This document shows positions 57,656 to 64,000 of a stretch of DNA of 64,000 nt, one piece after another; within the stretch, counting starts at the first letter, position 1; each line of letters starts with the position of its first letter. Location: the sequence record KU935715.1; one strand, written 5' to 3'. Source of the stretch: Acinetobacter phage vB_AbaM_ME3. Both the position numbers and the translations under genes were made by a program. Below the pieces are notes generated by a model. That model ran no database searches. It saw nothing but the letters and a program-made list of their open reading frames with translations, and was not told where the DNA came from.

Positions 57656-59783
57656 TACAGAAGATTTAGAAAAAGTAATTCGAGAAAGCGAAGGATTAAT
57701 TACTGATGTTATTAAAAGGTCTAATTCTGCTAACACAGATTTATATAATACTATTATCAAAGCTTCTGAAGGAACACAACAAATAAGAAACAAGATAGCT
57801 ATCTTAGGAGATATGATTACAGACTTAAGTGTAATTAATGCTTCAACTAAAAATAGCATATTCTTAAAAGACTTAGATGTATATAGTTCTAAAAATGTAG
57901 AATTTAATGATAATAAAATAACTTTAAGTAAGACGAATGAGACAGTAGTAGAGTTTGATGCAAAGACTAGTGTTATTACTTCAGGAAAGCCTTATGAAAT
58001 CTTAGACTTAAAGGGTAATACAAAAACATTAGAGAGTTTATTTAAATATAGAGCTTCTTCAAAAATCAGAGCTTCATCAATGGGGTACTCTTATGACTTT
58101 ATACTTAAACTCCCAAAACTAAATAAGATTAACCAGATTGTTATTCAATTACCTATTACCAGTGTTGAATATCCATCTATTCAAAATGTAGAGGCTCTCT
58201 ATGGAACTAATACTTATACAAAGATTAATATTGTTAATAACAACTCTTCTGTATTCTCTTTAGATGAAAATAGAGTTATAGGAAATAAATATATTATTGA
58301 TATTGACACAGTGGAAACTACCGAGCTTAAGTTCACATTATTCTCTAAAGTGTCTCAAGAACTCTTATTAGACTATATCGAATTATACTATTCTGAATTT
58401 GAGTCTGAAGGAGAAATAATATTTGGACCTATAGTTACAGATACTCCTATTCTTAAATTAGGGTTAACTAGCTCAGGATTTAGTGATGGAATCTCTCTAC
58501 AAGTGAGTACAAACGCTATAGATTGGATTGATACTAATGACTCGTTCAAGTTGACAACAGATACTATGCGAAAGGTAGTAGCTTTCAATACTATTAATGA
58601 TTTAAGTTTTAGAACTGAGGAAGAAGTTAATAGTGTGTATATTAAAGTTTCTATCGTATCAAAAGAAGTTGAATCTACTTCATCTTTAATAGCTTATGAC
58701 TCTTACAGAGAAGACGACTCTATTGTTTCGCCGTATATTAGTACAGTAGAGAATAACAGGTTAAGTGCTTTTAGAGTTCGAACTAATGATTTAGTCTATG
58801 GAGCCAATACTTACAGATTAGGAATTGAATTAACAGATAGTATTAAATCTCAAACAGATACTATCACTATGAATGGTGATACTAAGGTATTAGGTTTTAG
58901 TGATACTTTATATTCAATTGGTAAGACAAATAATTCTTATCAGAATGCAGATGTAAAATTAAAACCATTAAGAATTGAGTCTTCATCTAATATCGATGCA
59001 TCTAAATTTGATTCTGTTAGCTCAGAACTTTTTGATATTATTACTATCCCTTTCACTGGGGATGTTAATACTCTTCATACTAGTAATTTTGTTTTAAAGT
59101 TAGTTGGGAAAGAGGATACATATAAACTTGTAGCGTCAACAAGTAAACAGTCTTTGAATATAAGTGTTACCTCTGACTTCTCTCTTAACAACTCTAATAC
59201 AATATTTCAAGTTCCAGATGAAGATATTCTTTTAGTCTCTTCAATAGGCGAAGTATTAAAAGAATATAAGAAAGAAAACCATTATGTGATCATGGATGAC
59301 TCTACTGGAAATTTAATTAATTTTATTAGTTTAGCTGAATCCATATATCAACCGCCATCAATTACTGGATATACTTTTAATCCATTGTATCCTATTCAAG
59401 CTTTATCAAAAGATGAATTTGGAATTTCTGATGGTTATGTTATTCTTGGTAGTGGGTCTATTGTGCATTACAATGGATTTAAAATATCTAAGACAGTGAT
59501 TAACAAACTACTTAATATTAGTTATCAAAATGGAAATACATGGGAACGAATAGATCCATTATATACTTATCATCATCAACAAATAGATCATTCTGTTAGA
59601 GAAAAGAGTGTAATCAAGCTAGACCACATTAGTATTCAAAAAGGATCTTTACAAATCTTTGAATACACAGACTACGATAAAGTAGAAGTAGAGAGCAATG
59701 TCTTTATATCACTTGAAAACAACAATAAGAAGCCTTCAACAGAATATATAGAGTCTGAAGAAAATACATATATTGAGGAATAA
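57642..59783 (+). CDS. hypothetical tail-fibre-like protein (713 aa)
   Basis: Overlapping start. Ser/Thr/Asn-rich. Confidence 0.6.
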   Translation: MRQYDTEDLEKVIRESEGLITDVIKRSNSANTDLYNTIIKASEGTQQIRNKIAILGDMITDLSVINASTKNSIFLKDLDVYSSKNVEFNDNKITLSKTNETVVEFDAKTSVITSGKPYEILDLKGNTKTLESLFKYRASSKIRASSMGYSYDFILKLPKLNKINQIVIQLPITSVEYPSIQNVEALYGTNTYTKINIVNNNSSVFSLDENRVIGNKYIIDIDTVETTELKFTLFSKVSQELLLDYIELYYSEFESEGEIIFGPIVTDTPILKLGLTSSGFSDGISLQVSTNAIDWIDTNDSFKLTTDTMRKVVAFNTINDLSFRTEEEVNSVYIKVSIVSKEVESTSSLIAYDSYREDDSIVSPYISTVENNRLSAFRVRTNDLVYGANTYRLGIELTDSIKSQTDTITMNGDTKVLGFSDTLYSIGKTNNSYQNADVKLKPLRIESSSNIDASKFDSVSSELFDIITIPFTGDVNTLHTSNFVLKLVGKEDTYKLVASTSKQSLNISVTSDFSLNNSNTIFQVPDEDILLVSSIGEVLKEYKKENHYVIMDDSTGNLINFISLAESIYQPPSITGYTFNPLYPIQALSKDEFGISDGYVILGSGSIVHYNGFKISKTVINKLLNISYQNGNTWERIDPLYTYHHQQIDHSVREKSVIKLDHISIQKGSLQIFEYTDYDKVEVESNVFISLENNNKKPSTEYIESEENTYIEE

Positions 59784-59785
59784 TA

Positions 59786-60502
59786 ATGGCTGAATTAACA
59801 GGTAAGTCAATAATTGAATTAACTCAAGCTCCTTCTATTAATGAGACTACGAACATTGTAGTTCAACGACAAGGAAGTCCTAGAGCTGAAAAAACTCAGT
59901 TAAGTGAAGTAGTTAAATTAGTTACTAATAGTACAACTTTGAACGAGAGTGTTCAGTCAACAATATCAGATAACGTATCTTTAAAATTAGGTCAACATGT
60001 ATCTGCTTCAGATCCACATGGGGATAGGTTATTTACCACTTCAACTATGAATAACCATTTAAGCTCTTTAGATCCACATGGAGATAGAGCTTATACAGAT
60101 AGTAAAGTAGCAGCTCACTCTTCTTCAGTTGACCCTCACGGGGATAGAGCTTTCACTATAACTTCTATTACAAATCACTCTAAATCAGAAGATCCACATG
60201 GAGACCGTGCCTATGCATTAGCTCAAATTAATGCGCATAAGGTAGCAACAGATCCACATGGAGATAGAGCTCATGCTTTAAGTCTTATGAATATTCATAA
60301 GACAACAGAAGTTGATCCACACGGAGATAGAGCTTATACAGATGGAGTTGTAAATACACATAAAGATGAGACAGACCCACATGGGTTAAAATCTTTAATA
60401 ACTACACTACTAAATGAGCATAATACAAGTAATTCAATCACATGGTTTAGATGTAAAAAAAAATTTGCTGAGATTCCTAATACAGTCAAATTCAACAGTT
60501 AA
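59786..60502 (+). CDS. tail-fibre N-terminal segment with 7 tandem 20-aa 'DPHGDRAY...H' repeats; probably one gene with 60414..62144 (frame break at the A9 tract)
   Basis: GAGGA RBS. The repeat array continues in this frame up to ~60440. A poly-A9 run at 60455..60463 separates the two frames. Confidence 0.6.
   Translation: MAELTGKSIIELTQAPSINETTNIVVQRQGSPRAEKTQLSEVVKLVTNSTTLNESVQSTISDNVSLKLGQHVSASDPHGDRLFTTSTMNNHLSSLDPHGDRAYTDSKVAAHSSSVDPHGDRAFTITSITNHSKSEDPHGDRAYALAQINAHKVATDPHGDRAHALSLMNIHKTTEVDPHGDRAYTDGVVNTHKDETDPHGLKSLITTLLNEHNTSNSITWFRCKKKFAEIPNTVKFNS
60011..60433 (+). repeat. 7 tandem copies of a 60-nt unit (one is 63 nt) encoding DPHGDRA(Y/F/H)x6-7H
   Basis: Units begin at 60011, 60071, 60131, 60191, 60251, 60314 and 60374. 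The nucleotide core GATCCACATGGAGATAGAGC is highly conserved. Confidence 0.85.
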
Positions 60503-62144
60503 TGCAACATTGAGTCAACGAATTGGAACAACAATTGCTCCTCTTGTAAGTGGAAAAGTTCCAGATCAATATATAAGAACAAATATCTTATTTAGTAATT
60601 TAGCTCAGTTTCCTACTACTGGTTCACTAAATGTATTATACATTGATACATTAACTAGAAAGATGTATGTATGGGCTTCTGGTGGATATAAAGATATTTC
60701 TCCTACTGTTGAGTTAAGTGGTATATCTTTAAGTACAGATAATGTTGCACAAGGCTCTAATCCAGATAGACAGTATTTAACAGCTGATCTTAAAGCAAAC
60801 TATGACTCTAAGCTCTCCAATATCACTTCAACAGGTAGTGGAAAATCTGTACACTTAGTATCTAAAACAGGTGCTAATGCTTTTGTTCGAGGTCTAGATT
60901 CAGATAGTAGTATAAGTATTACTGATAGAGGAGACAGTTTAGTTCTTAATACAAATTATTATAAGTTTGTAGCAAAATACAATGGAACAGTAAAATTAGA
61001 TTCTAAGACTGAACTCTTAAAAGCTATAGATGAAAATGATATAGTTACATTAGAGGGTGACGTATTTGCATATGCTTATAAAGAAGCTGGGGATGTTAAA
61101 TTAATTGATTTCTATAATACATGGAATGTTAAAGCTGTAGTAGCTACTACGGGTACATCAACTCCAATAGCTTCTCCTACAAACCTAGTTATTTCTTCAA
61201 ATGGACTTGTTGTGAGTGGGTCAGGGACTGCTTCTACTACAGCTGAAATTTATAGTGATACAAATCAATTACTAGGTTCAGCAACAACAATTTCTGATGG
61301 TACTTTTACAATTACTTTTGGATCTCCTGAGTTAACAGGTAGAAGATTAAAAGCATACACAGTTACACCAGAAGGGAATAGATCTAAACCTACTTACTTT
61401 TTCTCTAATAATACAACATCTATTAAGGCGATAGATTGTATTTCAATTAGTTCAGATGGGCTAAAATTAAGAGGAAATACATCTAGAGCAAGTACAGTAA
61501 AAGTGTTTAACAGTAGTAATACAGAGCTAGGTTCAGCAACTGCAAATGATTATGGAAACTTTACAGTTACTTTATCCTCTGCTGTACATACTGGAGATAC
61601 AGTCAGAATAGAAGCTACATTAGGTACTACATTAACAGCAAGTGTTCCTTCATATTTAGTAACTATTAAAGATATTCAAGCACCTTATGACATTGAGTAC
61701 AACTTAGATAGAACTGTATTTACAGGTAAAGCAGAACCATTAAGTACAATTACATTCTCTACAACAGCAATAAGTATAAATGCAGTTACTAAAGCTGATG
61801 GATCGTTTGCAATTTATTCTTTTGCAAACCCAATTGCAGGTAGTGGAGATTTAGCTGTAGAAGTTAAACAAGAAACTAGAACAAATGGGATTCTATTAAA
61901 GTTAAATCAATTAGACGCTAAAGTAGCAGATGATCCAGTAGTAAAAGATGCTATTGGAACACACTCTACATCTTTCCTCAATAAAACTGTAACACCAATA
62001 CTAGGTACAGCTGGAAATGCAACATTTGACGTGTTATTGGATTCAATGATTAAGGATATTGAATTAGTAGGTACTAGTCCAACAGGTAAAGAACTTGTAT
62101 GGGAAGCTAATCTTAAAATCATTAAGAAAAATATAGGAGAATAA
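60414..62144 (+). CDS. tail-fibre C-terminal segment with three bacterial Ig-like repeat domains (576 aa as drawn)
   Basis: Three homologous ~85-aa segments (...TISDGTFTITFGSPELTGRRLKAYTVTPEGNRSKPTYF / ...NDYGNFTVTLSSAVHTGDTVRIEATLG / ...ADGSFAIYSFANPIAGSGDLAVEVKQ). A stop codon lies immediately before the ATG. Confidence 0.6.
   Translation: MSIIQVIQSHGLDVKKNLLRFLIQSNSTVNATLSQRIGTTIAPLVSGKVPDQYIRTNILFSNLAQFPTTGSLNVLYIDTLTRKMYVWASGGYKDISPTVELSGISLSTDNVAQGSNPDRQYLTADLKANYDSKLSNITSTGSGKSVHLVSKTGANAFVRGLDSDSSISITDRGDSLVLNTNYYKFVAKYNGTVKLDSKTELLKAIDENDIVTLEGDVFAYAYKEAGDVKLIDFYNTWNVKAVVATTGTSTPIASPTNLVISSNGLVVSGSGTASTTAEIYSDTNQLLGSATTISDGTFTITFGSPELTGRRLKAYTVTPEGNRSKPTYFFSNNTTSIKAIDCISISSDGLKLRGNTSRASTVKVFNSSNTELGSATANDYGNFTVTLSSAVHTGDTVRIEATLGTTLTASVPSYLVTIKDIQAPYDIEYNLDRTVFTGKAEPLSTITFSTTAISINAVTKADGSFAIYSFANPIAGSGDLAVEVKQETRTNGILLKLNQLDAKVADDPVVKDAIGTHSTSFLNKTVTPILGTAGNATFDVLLDSMIKDIELVGTSPTGKELVWEANLKIIKKNIGE
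60455..60463 (+). repeat. A9 homopolymer at the junction between the two tail-fibre reading frames
   Basis: ...GATGTAAAAAAAAATTTGCTG...; the upstream frame continues 16 codons past it to a stop. The downstream frame is closed by TAA at 60411..60413, just before its first ATG (60414). Confidence 0.9.
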
Positions 62145-62147
62145 TAT

Positions 62148-62747
62148 ATGCAGCAACTTCTAAAAGAAGTAGAGTATATAGACGGGGTGCAGGAATTCTT
62201 GGAAGAGAGTTATGTGACAGAATTGTTAAGTAAATCGGAGAACACATTCGTTCTCCCTGTATCTCCTGTAGAGAGTACTATAAGGTTTTCAGGAGATACA
62301 ACACTATTCAATAAACAAGTCTATAATGAAAAAGATTTAACTATAGAAGGATCTTGGTTTTTAGATGATAAGACATTAAAAATTAACCCAAACTATAGAA
62401 CAAGTGAGTACACATACACATATATCACTTATAAGAGAAAGTCTGATACTAAAAAAGAAGGGTTGTTTTCAGTAGACTACACAAACGGGTATTTATATAC
62501 ATCAACACCTATTAAAGATATTGTGATTGAATATAAATATGCTGTTCAGTACGTAGAAGGTCAGAAGATGACTCAAGTTAATCCTAATGAATATACTAAA
62601 GACACGCTATATAGTATTCCAACAGATGAAAGAACAAGATTGAGTTTTCTTTATCAAGTTAAGAATAAGTCAAACAACAACAAGACAAAAGAGTACTATG
62701 AAAATGGGAAAGTGTCTTTAGTAACACTAGGTGATAAAGATGAGTGA
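62148..62747 (+). CDS. hypothetical tail-fibre-associated protein (199 aa)
   Basis: AGGAGAA RBS. Confidence 0.6.
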   Translation: MQQLLKEVEYIDGVQEFLEESYVTELLSKSENTFVLPVSPVESTIRFSGDTTLFNKQVYNEKDLTIEGSWFLDDKTLKINPNYRTSEYTYTYITYKRKSDTKKEGLFSVDYTNGYLYTSTPIKDIVIEYKYAVQYVEGQKMTQVNPNEYTKDTLYSIPTDERTRLSFLYQVKNKSNNNKTKEYYENGKVSLVTLGDKDE

Positions 62748-64000
62748 AATAGATAACAAGTTTTTCTCCACTTCTTATGGATCTATAGTAGAGAAAATAG
62801 AAGATGTGGATTTAGAAACTAATAAAGGAAGAAGAGAATTAGAGCTTCTTATTAAGAATAAATTTGAGGAGAATGAAAGTTTAGTAGAAGGGACTGAAAA
62901 AAGAATCGTAACAATAAATGACACGATTAAAGAAAATATAGACAAATTACAATATAAAATTAATAAAGTCGTTGAAAAGGTTAGAGGAGCGATAGTAGCT
63001 GAAAGAGGAACTACAGGTACAATATATACAACACAGATACCAATAAACAAACAACAAACGACAAACAAGACAACAACACGAATAGAAGATAATGTAGCCT
63101 TTGGAGTCCCTCTTGATTCTGAAGAATACTCTAGTACTCTTAATCTATTAAGTCTTAAGAATTTAACATTTACTAATTTGTATATTTCCTCATTAAATAA
63201 AGTAAGTACTGATAAATTAGAGAATTTTGTAATTTCTCCTAAACTTCAAACAAACCTACCTATTGAATTTACAATCAATTTAACAGGTTTAATAAGAACT
63301 TCTTCTTCATTAGTATTAGATATGGAAGAACATGGAATTATAGAAATATATAAAAATGGGAGTCTATGGAAAGAAAAATCTTTAATTAAAACCATAGTGA
63401 TTCCAGTTGATATTAATACTGTTTCTATTTCAATTCGTTCATACCCTTCTATACACAGAACAAATAGTTTGAAATTTAATAAAATTGGTTATACAGAATT
63501 AATATATGATTCTACTACATTGTTTGAAAGTAAAAACATAAATATTAATAAATCTCTATATCAATTAGCTATAGATACATGTGATAACAGTAATGACACA
63601 GCTATTCAAATTGATTACTATGTATCTATAAATGATGAGCCATACGAAGCTTTCGCTCCTGTCTCTAAAACTGATGCATTATTTAAACAAGCAATCATTA
63701 CATTAGACAAGACACAAGTCTTAACAATGTATCAGTCACCAGCAATTAAAATTAGTGAAGGTAATTATAGATTTGATATTCCAAATAATCTTCAAACTAA
63801 TTTAATAAATAAGCATGATGTCTATCTTAGAAATTATAAGAAGCTAGGAACAACTGAACTAACAATTGTTACTAAAAAAGATATAGAATTAAACACATTA
63901 GCAATAACTCAAAATACTGCTTACAAACTATATATTAATGACAAAGAAGTAACATCTGAAACATTTAATTTATATGTAGGTATTTCTAAGATAGTAGTGA
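62740..64000 (+). CDS. hypothetical protein, N-terminal 420 codons (runs off the right edge of the window)
   Basis: ATG 62740 overlaps the upstream stop as ATGAGTGA. Hand translation (MSEIDNKFFSTSYGSIVEKIEDVDLE...) has no stop to position 64000. Missing from the track because there is no stop. The track's - strand ORF 62775..63068 lies inside it and is rejected. Confidence 0.65.
   Translation, partial: MSEIDNKFFSTSYGSIVEKIEDVDLETNKGRRELELLIKNKFEENESLVEGTEKRIVTINDTIKENIDKLQYKINKVVEKVRGAIVAERGTTGTIYTTQIPINKQQTTNKTTTRIEDNVAFGVPLDSEEYSSTLNLLSLKNLTFTNLYISSLNKVSTDKLENFVISPKLQTNLPIEFTINLTGLIRTSSSLVLDMEEHGIIEIYKNGSLWKEKSLIKTIVIPVDINTVSISIRSYPSIHRTNSLKFNKIGYTELIYDSTTLFESKNININKSLYQLAIDTCDNSNDTAIQIDYYVSINDEPYEAFAPVSKTDALFKQAIITLDKTQVLTMYQSPAIKISEGNYRFDIPNNLQTNLINKHDVYLRNYKKLGTTELTIVTKKDIELNTLAITQNTAYKLYINDKEVTSETFNLYVGISKIVV

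Noticed and set aside
62775-63068. 97-aa - strand ORF near the right end
   Set aside because: It lies inside a stop-free + strand ORF (62740..64000) that has an RBS and an overlapping start, and that the track omitted only because it has no stop.
1-64000. Search for tRNA, CRISPR arrays, introns, integrase/transposase genes
   Set aside because: No cloverleaf-compatible GTTC-type segments stood out. There is no repeat-spacer periodicity. No non-coding gaps larger than 340 nt exist that could hold group I introns. No recombinase motifs were seen. The inteins lack homing-endonuclease domains. A negative by eye is not definitive for tRNAs.

Overview
This 64 kb window is a contiguous late/structural block of a large AT-rich (roughly 35% GC) tailed phage with a contractile tail (myovirus-type). 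Almost every gene is on the + strand, and ribosome-binding sites (RBS) are strong (AAGGAGG-like).

Two short genes at the left edge (1..501) are on the - strand. The 502..838 gap is a divergent promoter/strand-switch region.

Reading left to right on + the order is:
- lysis cluster: a zinc-ribbon repeat protein, Gly-zipper and holin-like membrane proteins, a PG-binding muramidase endolysin, and a GH24-like protein that appears to lack catalytic residues;
- DNA-processing genes: an intein-containing Cys-motif protein, a T7 endonuclease-I-like nuclease and a DEDDh exonuclease;
- terminase large subunit carrying a mini-intein in its Walker A box;
- head module: putative portal, acidic scaffold, an abundant 300-aa head protein and an HK97-like major capsid protein with a terminator;
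- neck proteins, tail sheath and tail tube with a strong terminator;
- four small tail genes, then three giant ORFs of 1263, 1603 and 2329 aa; the last carries lytic transglycosylase, staphylococcal-nuclease-like and M23 peptidase domains;
- a P2/T4-like baseplate module with a gp25-like wedge protein;
- several tail-fibre genes, one with a collar domain and one with a 7x 'DPHGDR' repeat array, an A9 tract at a frame break, and Ig-like repeats.

No rRNA, tRNA, CRISPR array, integrase or transposase was recognised.

The most interesting points are the two mini-inteins, the giant multi-hydrolase virion protein with a nuclease domain, the candidate frameshift/slippage sites in a tail fibre and downstream of the capsid gene, an apparently inactive lysozyme homolog, and the Gly-zipper-rich lysis cluster without recognisable spanins.
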